This document shows, piece by piece, positions 22,164 through 31,912 of a stretch of 32,000 nt of DNA. Source of the DNA: Rickettsia typhi (GTDB taxonomy: Bacteria > Pseudomonadota > Alphaproteobacteria > Rickettsiales > UBA1997); assembly GCA_945890035.1 (NCBI GenBank), contig CAMDCJ010000002.1:3855-35854 (forward strand), given 5' to 3'. The notes beneath the pieces were generated by a model that made no database searches, was not told where the DNA came from, and saw only the letters and a list, made by a program, of their open reading frames with translations. Every line of letters begins with the position of its first letter. Positions within the stretch are counted from its first letter, which is position 1. The position numbers and the translations under genes were made by a program.

Positions 22164-24845
22164 ATGGTCAAGAGGCTAAATAACATTAAATATTTAGAGA
22201 AAAATTCAAAAAAATATCAATATTTAACGCAAATTCAAGAATCAATTAAATTGGACTTTATATATTCATTGGTCGATTTAAATGAATTTGATAAAGAAGT
22301 CAAATTAAAATTTTTAGAATTACAAAGGATTAAAAAAAAGATTGATTCTAAGCAAAAAGATTTGGAAGTTGATAAATTTTATAATGAAATCAAAGAAGAT
22401 AAAAAGTTATTTTTACAAATTCTCGAGCTAGAATCGAAATTACAAGAAGTGTTAAGAAGAGCTAGAAAATCAGCTCTCAATGATATAATTTCTTGCTATA
22501 AAATTGAAGCAAAAGATGAGCAATTTTCATTTAACGAATTACTCAAAAAAGCTTTTGAAAATAAAATAAAACCAGAAATTTTACAAAATTTTCTAACGAA
22601 AAATTTTAAAGCCTTTTTTAGTTTAACCCCACATCCAACAAACCCAACAAGCTTAGAATATTCAGTTCTTGGATATGAATTTGATGAGATAATTTCTAAC
22701 AAAAAAACTCTTAACTTTAAAAAACTTCAAGATAATTTACAAAAAATTTTGAAGTGTTCGATAACTAGTCAAAAAAAATCATGTTTAGATGAGATGATTG
22801 AAAGCGAATTGGCGTTAAAAAATATTAAAATTGCCAATCAACAATTGCATAAAAAACTAAAATTAGAAATCAAAAATTCACCATATAAAAATCAAATATT
22901 TTTACCCAAGAAAATTTGTGAAATTGCATTATGGAGCCATGGTGGAGATGGCGATGGCAACCCAAATACAACTGCAGAAATTCTAGAAATCGGCATCGAA
23001 AGAATTAAAAAACTTAAGTTAGAATCGAAAATTGATTTGAGGCATGATGCGAAAGATATTGAAAATGCGGGGGCGGAAATTTTACAAGATTTTGGAGTAA
23101 ATTTTTTCGCAAAAGATGAGGTGAATAAAATTAAAATCCTGCATGAATTTTTAGAAAATGAAATTTTGATTGATAAAATTTATAAGTTTTTATTACTAAA
23201 AACTAACAATAATGAAATTATTAAAAGGCTCTTGGTTGTAAATAAAAATCCATTCTTTATCGATAAGTTTATAATTTCAAATCATAAGAATGTTAGTCAA
23301 GTTTTGATGGTTTTATTTTTGCTAAAAATTACCAAAAATTTTCAAATAAAAAATCATATAATTGATATCGTAACTTTATCTGAATCAGTTGAAGATTTAA
23401 AAAATATTTTTGCAATTCAGCAACAATTAATTGCCGATAAAATTTATCAAAAATATTTAAAAAGAGCTAAAAAAATAATCGCCATGGTTGCCAAAAGCGA
23501 CACTGCTAGAGTAGGCGGAGTAGCAGTTGATTATTACCAAGATAGATGTGCTGGAGAAATTTTAATGCTTAAAAAAATTGCCCTCGAAAAATATAATTTA
23601 GATTTAGAAGTTTATGTTTTTAATGGTGGCGGTTATTCTCTTCAAAGAGGCGGTGGTCGCTTCGATGAAATTGCCAATCAACATGCTAACTCAATTTTAC
23701 AAATTGCCAAGGAGATGAAGATAAAAAATTTGCGTCTTGAGCCTCCAATTACAACGATTCAAGGACAGCAACAACAAATTTTATTCGGCTCGTTAAGTAT
23801 TGCGCAAAATACCATTGAAAATTTCGCGTTGCATAATTTGTGTGCTTCGCTGAAGGCTTCTTCTTTATTTAAAAAAACAAAAACCAATAATTCAAAATAT
23901 TATAAAATTCGCCAAGAATTTAGTGATGAAGCGATTAATTCATATCAAAAAAAATATTTTTCAAATCAATATTTGAATGAATTATTTTTTAACTCAAACC
24001 GCCTCGGAGTTATGCTTGGCAACCTTAGTTCGCGTCCATTAAAACGCGGTACAAAACAACAAAATATCAAAGCGCCAGTTAAATATTGTGATTTAATTGA
24101 AAATATTTCGACATTTAATATTTTTGAAACTAGAGCGATAACTTTGGATCGAACCATCGCTCACTCCGGCACTTTTGCCCTAATGTTTCTGGGCTTGCAA
24201 GAGGCTTTCAATAAAATTATTAAAAGACATAATTCAAAAATTTTATTGGAACTTTATTCGCATAATAATTTGTTTCGCGACTTTATTAGAAATCAAATAA
24301 TTGCCTTAAAAATGGTTGATATTAACTATGCTTGGCAAATGCTTATAGGCATAAAGCGCCCGGCAATTGAAGAGATTATAAAATTATCAAAAATCTTTCA
24401 TGAAGACAAAAAAATGCAAAAATTATCTCTAAAAAATCGTCAAAAAATTACTATGGCATTTTTAGATTTTTATATTTTTGAAGTCGGAAAAAACATTGCA
24501 AAATCAATCTTTAATCAAGATCTTGAGCTTGATTATCGACTTTATGATCTGAATAAAATTTTAGAAATTTACAGTTCAAATTTAGCAAGCGAGATGCGAT
24601 ATTGTAAAAATGAAAGCATTTTTACTAGGTTTAGCGAGAGCCATTTTACAAGCTTTTTAAACCATAATCCAACAAAAATTTTAGATGATTTTGATTTAAA
24701 AAATATTCATAATATTTACATCGCCAACAATATTGTTTTCAATGCGCCTCTAACAATGGCAACAATTTTTACTTCTTTTAAAAAAGACTCCCACGAAGTG
24801 CATAATTTCCTCGAAAAAATTTCTGATAAAAGCTTGTATTTTTAA
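22164..24845 (+). CDS. Highly divergent phosphoenolpyruvate carboxylase homologue (893 aa)
   Basis: It is collinear with Ppc blocks along its whole length. These are SLTPHPTNPT (cf. TAHPTE), WSHGGDGDGNPNTTAEI (cf. GGDRDGNPNVTA) and FIISNHKNVSQVLMVLFLLK (cf. YVISMAKTPSDVL). Further blocks are MVAKSDTARVGG (cf. GYSDSAKDAG), VFNGGGYSLQRGGG (cf. FHGRGGSIGRGG) and GNLSSRPLKRG (cf. GSRPAKR). Confidence 0.7.
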   Translation: MVKRLNNIKYLEKNSKKYQYLTQIQESIKLDFIYSLVDLNEFDKEVKLKFLELQRIKKKIDSKQKDLEVDKFYNEIKEDKKLFLQILELESKLQEVLRRARKSALNDIISCYKIEAKDEQFSFNELLKKAFENKIKPEILQNFLTKNFKAFFSLTPHPTNPTSLEYSVLGYEFDEIISNKKTLNFKKLQDNLQKILKCSITSQKKSCLDEMIESELALKNIKIANQQLHKKLKLEIKNSPYKNQIFLPKKICEIALWSHGGDGDGNPNTTAEILEIGIERIKKLKLESKIDLRHDAKDIENAGAEILQDFGVNFFAKDEVNKIKILHEFLENEILIDKIYKFLLLKTNNNEIIKRLLVVNKNPFFIDKFIISNHKNVSQVLMVLFLLKITKNFQIKNHIIDIVTLSESVEDLKNIFAIQQQLIADKIYQKYLKRAKKIIAMVAKSDTARVGGVAVDYYQDRCAGEILMLKKIALEKYNLDLEVYVFNGGGYSLQRGGGRFDEIANQHANSILQIAKEMKIKNLRLEPPITTIQGQQQQILFGSLSIAQNTIENFALHNLCASLKASSLFKKTKTNNSKYYKIRQEFSDEAINSYQKKYFSNQYLNELFFNSNRLGVMLGNLSSRPLKRGTKQQNIKAPVKYCDLIENISTFNIFETRAITLDRTIAHSGTFALMFLGLQEAFNKIIKRHNSKILLELYSHNNLFRDFIRNQIIALKMVDINYAWQMLIGIKRPAIEEIIKLSKIFHEDKKMQKLSLKNRQKITMAFLDFYIFEVGKNIAKSIFNQDLELDYRLYDLNKILEIYSSNLASEMRYCKNESIFTRFSESHFTSFLNHNPTKILDDFDLKNIHNIYIANNIVFNAPLTMATIFTSFKKDSHEVHNFLEKISDKSLYF

Positions 24846-24893
24846 TTAAATTCTAATATTTTTCTTTGACAAAAATAAAAATATAATAAATTT

Positions 24894-26111
24894 ATGTCAA
24901 AAAATAAAATTAAAAAAGTTGTTTTAGCCTACTCTGGTGGCCTTGATACTTCAGTTATTTTAAAATGGTTACAAGAAAATTATGGATGCGAAGTCGTTAC
25001 TTTCACCGCCGATTTAGGGCAGGGTGAAGAGCTTGAACCTGCTCGCAAAAAAGCTGAAATGCTTGGAGTTAAAGAAATTTTTATCGAAGATTTGCGCGAA
25101 GAATTTGTTGGCAATTATGTGTTTCCGATGTTTCGCGCCAATGCTTTATATGAAGGAGTTTACTTGCTTGGAACTTCTATCGCGCGCCCGCTAATCGCTA
25201 AAAGACAAATTGAAATTGCCGAAATGGTTGGGGCCGATGCCGTCGCTCATGGCGCAACTGGCAAGGGTAATGATCAAGTGCGTTTTGAGCTTAGTTATTA
25301 TGCTAATAAACCCGATATAAAAATCATCGCCCCTTGGCGCGAATGGGATTTAAATTCTCGCACTAAACTCATTGATTACGCTGAAAAAAACCAAATTCCA
25401 GTTGCTAAAGATAAAAAAGGCGAGGCGCCATATTCGGTTGATGCTAACTTGCTTCATACTTCAAGCGAGGGTAAGGTTTTGGAAGATCCATCGCAACCCG
25501 CTCCTGAATATGTTTATCAACGCACCGTCAGCCCCGAAGATGCTCCCAATCAATCGACAATTGTTGAAATTGAATTTTCCAAAGGCGATCCAATTGCAAT
25601 TGACGGCAAGAAAATGTCGCCAGCGCAAATTCTTACTAAACTCAATGAACTCGGTGGAAAAAACGGCGTCGGTCGCTTAGATTTAGTTGAAAATCGCTTC
25701 GTTGGCATGAAATCTCGCGGGGTTTATGAAACGCCAGGAGGCACTATTTTATTAGTTGCACATCGCGCCATCGAATCAATAACGCTTGATCGCGAAGCGA
25801 CGCATTTGAAAGATGAATTGATGCCAAAATATGCGAGCTTAATTTATAATGGTTTTTGGTTTGCTCCGGAGCGATTAATGCTTCAGGCTTTAATCGATAA
25901 AAGTCAAGAAAGAGTTGAAGGAAAAGTTCGTTTAAAATTATATAAAGGTAATGTTTATGTGATGGGGCGCGAGTCTCCAAGAAGCTTGTACTCAATGGCT
26001 CATGTTACTTTTGAAGAAGATTCAGTTTATGATCAAAAAGATGCTCAGGGCTTTATTAAACTTAATGCGCTTAGATTAAGAATTGGTTCAAAAATCAATA
26101 AACTATTCTAA
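24894..26111 (+). CDS. argG: Argininosuccinate synthase
   Basis: It has the N-type ATP-pyrophosphatase motif [13 protein letters not shown], and also [15 protein letters not shown] and [14 protein letters not shown]. Confidence 0.95.
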   Translation: MSKNKIKKVVLAYSGGLDTSVILKWLQENYGCEVVTFTADLGQGEELEPARKKAEMLGVKEIFIEDLREEFVGNYVFPMFRANALYEGVYLLGTSIARPLIAKRQIEIAEMVGADAVAHGATGKGNDQVRFELSYYANKPDIKIIAPWREWDLNSRTKLIDYAEKNQIPVAKDKKGEAPYSVDANLLHTSSEGKVLEDPSQPAPEYVYQRTVSPEDAPNQSTIVEIEFSKGDPIAIDGKKMSPAQILTKLNELGGKNGVGRLDLVENRFVGMKSRGVYETPGGTILLVAHRAIESITLDREATHLKDELMPKYASLIYNGFWFAPERLMLQALIDKSQERVEGKVRLKLYKGNVYVMGRESPRSLYSMAHVTFEEDSVYDQKDAQGFIKLNALRLRIGSKINKLF

Positions 26112-26114
26112 TAA

Positions 26115-27122
26115 ATGTTAAAAAACCTTGTTATAAATACATCAAAAATATCAAAAGTTACCGTTTGTTACTTATCCATATTTTTCTTATTTAAAATTAG
26201 TGACTCTTATGCTTTTGGCGGAGGTTCTTCAATGGGATTTGGAGGCATGTCTTCATCAGTTGGAGGTTCGGGCGCTAAATCTGGAATGTCAATCGTTGAT
26301 CCCGAGGGAAAAGCATATAATTGCGAATCATTTGTTGATAAAAGATGGGAATCAACAGCATTTGAGGATAATTGGAATGGGGTTTATTTTTCTTTAGGAA
26401 TGGAAATTTCAAAATTTTCAGGTGGATTTAAAGTTGAAAATTCTATACCTTATAATATATCTGGTAACCCACCTAATCAATCAATTAATATTCCAGTTGT
26501 TTCTAATATTAGCTCTAGAGAAAATTTTTCTGGATCATCTTCACTTCCAAATTTAACGGTGGGAGGTGGATTTTTAATAGATAGAGTTTATTTGGCAACT
26601 GACTTTGAAATTCGAGCTGGTCTTAATGAATTCACTCATAAATTAAAAACAAAAGAAATTAATTATTATAATGAAAAAGAAAAATATGAGAAAGAATCTT
26701 CTCAAAATTTAATTTATAGCTTAAGTAATCCTATAATTTTTAATGCAAAAATTGGCTATTTATTAAACAAAAGATCCATGTTATATTTCAATGCTGGAGT
26801 TGCATCTTTTTCTTCGTCGGATATAAAAATTGATGGAGATTATATTGTCAAGGAAGCCAATAATAATGGGACTTCCCCTCCAATTCGTTTAAGTTTAGGA
26901 GGGGAATATTTGCTTTCAAATCACTTTAGAATAACTGCAGATTATTCATACTGGTTTGTTCCTCAATCTATGGGTTCTTTTAATTTACACAGAAAAGCGG
27001 TCTCAAATAATCCTTCCGAAATAAAAAATGGCGATGGAACTGAAGTTAACTGGTCTGAAAACTCATTCATTGCGGATTTCAAAATTAATTCATTAAAAAT
27101 CGGAATCTTATATCGCTTTTAG
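26115..27122 (+). CDS. Outer-membrane beta-barrel protein (Omp25/OMP_b-brl-like) with a Gly/Ser-rich N-terminal region
   Basis: It has an N-terminal hydrophobic signal-like segment and GGGSSMGFGGMSSSVGGSGAKSG. The second half shows an alternating amphipathic strand pattern. The C-terminal strand LKIGILYRF ends in Phe, an OMP signature. It is a paralogue of the next gene. Confidence 0.7.
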   Translation: MLKNLVINTSKISKVTVCYLSIFFLFKISDSYAFGGGSSMGFGGMSSSVGGSGAKSGMSIVDPEGKAYNCESFVDKRWESTAFEDNWNGVYFSLGMEISKFSGGFKVENSIPYNISGNPPNQSINIPVVSNISSRENFSGSSSLPNLTVGGGFLIDRVYLATDFEIRAGLNEFTHKLKTKEINYYNEKEKYEKESSQNLIYSLSNPIIFNAKIGYLLNKRSMLYFNAGVASFSSSDIKIDGDYIVKEANNNGTSPPIRLSLGGEYLLSNHFRITADYSYWFVPQSMGSFNLHRKAVSNNPSEIKNGDGTEVNWSENSFIADFKINSLKIGILYRF

Positions 27123-27124
27123 TT

Positions 27125-28228
27125 ATGTTAAATTTTCTTTTACTATTATCGGTTTTTTTTATAACTAAAACCCCCATTCTTTTTGCTCAAAATGATTCTA
27201 ATTATCCATATCAAGAAAAAAATAATTATTACAATGATTATCTAGGAATTACTGATAGTTATCAATTAAATTATAATTATTCATCGCCTTCAAAAAGAAG
27301 CTATGATGAGGTCGAATTTAATAATCAACGCGATAATTATGGCAACAGTTTTGATTATGCTAATCAACCAGAGTATGTAGAAAAATATAAAAATGATAAG
27401 AGTAAATTGAATAATTCTAATAATAATTATGATAACAGTTTTGATTACTCGGCGCAACCAAAACCTGTAAAAAAATATAAAAATTTTAAAGATGGAAAAG
27501 GTTATGGTTATAGAGTATATGATAATTCAAATCGTCAATCATATTTTTGCAATCTTGCGCCATTAGCCAAAAAAAATTTTACCCATGATAATAATTTTAA
27601 TGGAATATATTTTGGAGTAGGTTTAGCTAAAATAGATTCATCATTAGATCTTCAAGAAAATGAAAATAATATCTTTGAACCTAGCAACATTAACCCTCCT
27701 TATAAATATAACTTCTCTGGGTCGAAAGTCCTACCCTCAATTATAATCGGACAGGGCAGGTTATTTTCAAGTGGCTTATTTTTGGGGCAGGAATATGCAA
27801 TTAATATTGGCGAATTTAAAATAACCAGTAATAAAATTGATAATAATAAATATAAAAGTATCTCTTATTTATTTTCAAATAACTCATATTATTCTGGAAA
27901 GTTAGGTTATAATATTTTTAAAAATTTTTTACCATATTTAAAACTTTCGTTTAGTATGTCGACTTCGAATTTTATTCTTAAAGATAATAACAATCATAAT
28001 TCTATAACCAGTGGTGGTGGAATATTTTTTGGCGGAGGATTCGGAATTGATATATCAATTCAAAATCATCTTAGGGCAATTATTGATTATACGCAATTTT
28101 ATGATGAGGGTGAAAGAGATTCTAGTTATCCAGCAGACAACCTAAATACGGATTTTTTTATTCAAAAAAAGACGTTATTTGAAACAAGTAATTCCTTCAC
28201 TCGTTTCAGCTTAGTTTATAAATTTTAA
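27125..28228 (+). CDS. Outer-membrane beta-barrel protein, paralogue of the preceding gene, with an Asn/Tyr-rich repeat-containing N-terminal region
   Basis: It has a signal peptide MLNFLLLLSVFFITKTPILFA. The blocks NFNGIYFGVGLA and FSGSKVLPSIIIGQG parallel NWNGVYFSLGME and FSGSSSLPNLTVGGG in the upstream gene. The terminal strand is TRFSLVYKF. A 60-bp internal duplication lies at 27335-27394 and 27425-27484. Confidence 0.7.
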   Translation: MLNFLLLLSVFFITKTPILFAQNDSNYPYQEKNNYYNDYLGITDSYQLNYNYSSPSKRSYDEVEFNNQRDNYGNSFDYANQPEYVEKYKNDKSKLNNSNNNYDNSFDYSAQPKPVKKYKNFKDGKGYGYRVYDNSNRQSYFCNLAPLAKKNFTHDNNFNGIYFGVGLAKIDSSLDLQENENNIFEPSNINPPYKYNFSGSKVLPSIIIGQGRLFSSGLFLGQEYAINIGEFKITSNKIDNNKYKSISYLFSNNSYYSGKLGYNIFKNFLPYLKLSFSMSTSNFILKDNNNHNSITSGGGIFFGGGFGIDISIQNHLRAIIDYTQFYDEGERDSSYPADNLNTDFFIQKKTLFETSNSFTRFSLVYKF

Positions 28229-28352
28229 ACTATCAAAAAAAGTAAAATCATTAACATTTTAATTTTTTTTAAGTTAAAGAAATTTTAGGTTTAGGGGATA
28301 ATTATTTTAATAAAAGTATCGATTTGGTGGCATTATTTTAGGTTCTAAAAAC

Positions 28353-28889
28353 CTAAACCAATTCTGGGGCTTCAAAAACAACAACTCTAGACTCAATATC
28401 AACCGACGGAAAGAAATCATTTTTAAAAGGAAAATTGTCAATTTTTTGGAATCCGGCGGGGATAAAGTTATCTAAAAATTCAATCTCAATTGCGGTTGAA
28501 GAACCGGGATTAAAAACATTAACAATTTTACCAATCTCTTGTTTTTTTATATTAAAAACATTTAGGCCAATTAAATCGGCAATATAAAACTCATTTTTTT
28601 TAGTTTTTGAGAAATTTTCACGATCGGTAAAAAGTTCGACGCCCCTAAGTAATTCAGCTTTGTTGCGATCATCAACTCCGGCAATTTTAGAAGCCACGAT
28701 TTTATCTCCCGAAGAATTAAAACCAATCGCAGTTTTATTGATTAATTTGATATCGATTTGATTATTTTTGGTATCGAAAATTGGGTATTTTTCAAGATTT
28801 TTAACATCATCGCCGAAATACATAATTTTGACTTCGCCCTTAATTCCTCGAGCTGAAATAATCTTGGCAATTAAAATTTTTTTGTTCAT
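28353..28889 (-). CDS. rimM: Ribosome maturation factor RimM
   Basis: The N-terminus ILIAKIISARGIKGEVKI is typical (G-x-x-G-x-x-G-E-(V/L)-K). A C-terminal PRC-barrel-like part contains EFYIADLIGL. Confidence 0.85.
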   Translation of the reverse strand: MNKKILIAKIISARGIKGEVKIMYFGDDVKNLEKYPIFDTKNNQIDIKLINKTAIGFNSSGDKIVASKIAGVDDRNKAELLRGVELFTDRENFSKTKKNEFYIADLIGLNVFNIKKQEIGKIVNVFNPGSSTAIEIEFLDNFIPAGFQKIDNFPFKNDFFPSVDIESRVVVFEAPELV

Positions 28890-28894
28890 AAATA

Positions 28895-30157
28895 TTATAA
28901 AATTTCAAGATGAAGCATGTCATCAAAAGTTGGGCGACGACGAATAATTTTGAAGTTATTATCATCAACCAAAACTTCCGGCACCAAAGGGCGACAATTA
29001 TATTCATTCGACATTGAAGAGCCATACGCACCAGCGCTACAAAAGGCAAATAAATCATTGGGTTTTGGAATAAAAACTTCGCGATCTTTTGCTAAAATAT
29101 CGGTGGTTTCGCAAACTGGTCCGGCAAAATCAAAAATAGCTTTGAATCCTGCTTTTTTTTCAACTGGCAAAACTTCGTGATATGAATCATAAAGTCCGGG
29201 GCGCATTAAATCGTTAATGGCGCCGTCGATTATAACGAAATTTTTGCGCGGAGTTTCTTTTAAATAAATTACTTTAGTTATTAAAAGCCCAATATTTCCA
29301 ACTATGGCGCGCCCTGGAGCGATCGTAACTTTAACATCTAAATCTTGAATTGTTTCTTTAATTAACTCGATATATTCATAAAGATTAATGGTTTTATCGT
29401 TCTGGTAGTTGATTCCAACGCCACCACCAAAATCTAAATTTTTTATTTTAAAACCTTTTTTAATTAAATTTTGACAAATTTTACGAAGCCTGTCGAAGGC
29501 TATTTTAAAAGGCTCGAGATTGGTTATTTGTGAACCAATATGCATCGATATTCCATAAATTTCTAAGGCGGGAAGTTTTGAAGCTAAAGCATAAATTTCT
29601 TCAACTAAATCAATGTCAACTCCGAATTTATCGCCTTTGCGTCCGGTGGAAATTTTGTGGTGAGTTTTGGCGTCAACATCAGGATTGACGCGTAAAGAAA
29701 ATTTGGCAATTTTATGCAAATTTGAGGCGACCTCATTTAGCAAAAACATTTCCTCGGCAGATTCAACCGAAAATTCTTCAACACCATTTTGCAAAGCAAA
29801 AGTTAAATCTTCGCGAGTTTTGCCAACTCCCGCAAAAACAATTTTTTTAGGATTGATTCCGGCTTTAATTGCTCGATGAATTTCACCGGCTGAAACCGCG
29901 TCAATTCCCGCTCCAAGGTCAGCTAAAATTTTTACTAAATGAAAATTATAATTAGCTTTTATGGCATAACAAATTTTATAATCAGAAATTTTATTGCCTG
30001 CAAAAGCATCGACAAAATTTTGATAATTTTCGAATAAAGTTAAGCGCGAATAGCAATAAAAAGGCGTTCCGACTTGTTTAGCAATTTCAGAAATTGCTAC
30101 ATTTTCGACAAATAATTCATTTTTATTTCGTAGATTTTTATAAGATAAATATTTCAT
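28895..30157 (-). CDS. lysA: Diaminopimelate decarboxylase
   Basis: The track ORF is trimmed to the ATG at 30155-30157 (MKYLSYKN). Conserved blocks are TPFYCYS, CYAIKAN (PLP lysine), HIGSQI, DFGGGVGINY, GPVCETTD and CSAGAYG. Confidence 0.9.
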   Translation of the reverse strand: MKYLSYKNLRNKNELFVENVAISEIAKQVGTPFYCYSRLTLFENYQNFVDAFAGNKISDYKICYAIKANYNFHLVKILADLGAGIDAVSAGEIHRAIKAGINPKKIVFAGVGKTREDLTFALQNGVEEFSVESAEEMFLLNEVASNLHKIAKFSLRVNPDVDAKTHHKISTGRKGDKFGVDIDLVEEIYALASKLPALEIYGISMHIGSQITNLEPFKIAFDRLRKICQNLIKKGFKIKNLDFGGGVGINYQNDKTINLYEYIELIKETIQDLDVKVTIAPGRAIVGNIGLLITKVIYLKETPRKNFVIIDGAINDLMRPGLYDSYHEVLPVEKKAGFKAIFDFAGPVCETTDILAKDREVFIPKPNDLFAFCSAGAYGSSMSNEYNCRPLVPEVLVDDNNFKIIRRRPTFDDMLHLEIL

Positions 30158-30159
30158 TT

Positions 30160-31809
30160 TTACTCGTAAGTTGAATACATGTAAGGGGTGATTGAGTCGA
30201 ATTCTGCGGAGCAAGAGTCGACTCTTTTATAAATTGGGTGGATATTAAGCCCGCGTCTTATTTCTCTAGCTTCTTTCTCGGTAATTCCAGATAATTTTGC
30301 TAATCTTTTATCAGAAAATCCCATTCTTTTTAGATTTAAAAAATCTTCGTAATTGTTTGGCAAGCCGTCTTTTTTAATTTTATTTTCAACTATGATTGCC
30401 GATTCGATTTGTTCGATGAACCATGGATCGTAACTGCAGATTTCGTTGATTTCTTGAGCCGAAATTCCTTCGCGCAAAGCTTGCGCAATTAATAAAATTC
30501 TATTTGGAGAGGCGATTTTTAATTTTTGACGAATTACTTTTCGGCGTTGTTCATCATCTTCGATTAAGATTTTTACTTCTTCGAGGCCACTTAAATTTCC
30601 TTCCAAAGAACGCAAAGCTTTTTGGAAACTTTCGATGAAGGAGCGTCCAATTCCCATAACTTCGCCAACTGATTTCATTGAGCTCGATAACACATTGTCG
30701 CTACCTTTAAATTTCTCAAATGTGAATTTAGGGATTTTGGTAATAACATAATCGATAGTAGGTTCGAATGAAGCAGGCGTAATTCCTCCCGTAATATCAT
30801 TTTTGATTTCATCGAGAGTAAATCCTACCGCCAATTTAGCGGCAACTTTGGCGATTGGAAAGCCTGTGGCTTTTGAAGCAAGAGCCGATGAGCGCGAAAC
30901 GCGTGGATTCATTTCGATGATGGTCATCTTGCCATTTTTTGGATTAACCGCGAATTGCACATTCGAGCCTCCAGTTTCAACGCCAATTTCACGCAAGACC
31001 GCGATTGAAGCGTTACGCATATTCTGATATTCCTTGTCGGTAAGAGTTAAAGCCGGCGCCACGGTGATGGAATCTCCGGTATGGACTCCCATCGGATCAA
31101 CATTCTCAATCGAACAAATAATGATGGTATTATCATTTTTGTCGCGCACTACTTCCATTTCATATTCTTTCCAGCCGATGATTGATTCATCAATTAATAC
31201 TTCATTTGTTGGTGAGATTGTTAAGCCATAAGCCACAATTTGTAAATATTCTTCTTCGGTGTAAGCAACGCCACCACCAGCGCCACCCATGGTAAAAGAA
31301 GGGCGAATAATTGCCGGCAAACCAACTTTTTGCAAAGCTAATTTTGCTTCTTCTAAATTATGCACAATAGCATTTTTAGGAGTTTCTAGGCCAATTTTTT
31401 CCATGGCTTTTTGGAATAAAGCCCGATCTTCGGCTTTTTTAATCGCTTCAATCGACGCACCAATTAACTCAACATTATATTTTTCAAGGACACCATTTTT
31501 TGCCAAAGCAATGGCGCAATTTAAAGCTGTTTGTCCGCCAACCGTTGGTAAAATTGCATCAGGACGCTCTTTGCGAATAATTTCTTCAACAATTTCTGGA
31601 GTTATCGGCTCGATATAAGTTCGATCAGCAACATTTGGATCGGTCATGATTGTTGCCGGATTGGAATTAACCAAGATTACTTTATAACCTTCTTCGCGAA
31701 GTGCTTTACAAGCTTGAGTGCCGGAATAGTCGAATTCACAAGCCTGACCAATCACGATTGGACCCGCTCCAATAATTAAAATAGATTTCAGATCTGTACG
31801 CTTTGGCAT
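30160..31809 (-). CDS. carB: Carbamoyl-phosphate synthase large subunit, N-terminal half only (carboxyphosphate ATP-grasp plus oligomerisation domain)
   Basis: [37 protein letters not shown] is the canonical CarB N-terminus. The 549-aa ORF ends ...[21 protein letters not shown]-stop (TAA 30160-30162). This is where the full-length enzyme continues into its second ATP-grasp half. lysA starts 2 nt later. Confidence 0.85.
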   Translation of the reverse strand: MPKRTDLKSILIIGAGPIVIGQACEFDYSGTQACKALREEGYKVILVNSNPATIMTDPNVADRTYIEPITPEIVEEIIRKERPDAILPTVGGQTALNCAIALAKNGVLEKYNVELIGASIEAIKKAEDRALFQKAMEKIGLETPKNAIVHNLEEAKLALQKVGLPAIIRPSFTMGGAGGGVAYTEEEYLQIVAYGLTISPTNEVLIDESIIGWKEYEMEVVRDKNDNTIIICSIENVDPMGVHTGDSITVAPALTLTDKEYQNMRNASIAVLREIGVETGGSNVQFAVNPKNGKMTIIEMNPRVSRSSALASKATGFPIAKVAAKLAVGFTLDEIKNDITGGITPASFEPTIDYVITKIPKFTFEKFKGSDNVLSSSMKSVGEVMGIGRSFIESFQKALRSLEGNLSGLEEVKILIEDDEQRRKVIRQKLKIASPNRILLIAQALREGISAQEINEICSYDPWFIEQIESAIIVENKIKKDGLPNNYEDFLNLKRMGFSDKRLAKLSGITEKEAREIRRGLNIHPIYKRVDSCSAEFDSITPYMYSTYE

Positions 31810-31912
31810 GAAGTTTTATAATAAAAATTTTGAATGCAAAAATATTTCTTAAATAATATTTTTTGCTTTGAAAAAGTCAATGTGGTGGTGAATAAAAATC
31901 ATATAAATTTAT

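Noticed and set aside
24866-24887. TTGACA (24866-24871) and TATAAT (24882-24887) hexamers upstream of argG, considered as a sigma-70 promoter.
   Set aside because: The spacing is only 10 bp against the canonical ~17 bp, and the -10 box would sit 6 nt from the ATG. In DNA this AT-rich such hexamers arise by chance.
119-31618. There are many 60-110-aa ORFs in the track lying inside or antisense to the long genes. Examples: 119-322, 558-755, 676-858, 866-1063, 1869-2183, 2469-2762, 4061-4285, 4455-4673, 5094-5288. More: 8277-8477, 8477-8713, 10622-10945, 11385-11642, 12616-12819, 12760-12948, 13805-13999, 16007-16210. More: 17376-17561, 18446-18631, 19579-19797, 20296-20556, 20621-20854, 22496-22702, 23966-24157, 25372-25680. 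And: 25744-25995, 26200-26397, 28840-29058, 28917-29180, 29667-29879, 30803-31027, 31034-31231, 31289-31618.
   Set aside because: Each is fully or largely overlapped by a longer ORF with clear homology-type motifs. Their translations are low-complexity with no recognisable motifs. They are treated as shadow ORFs.
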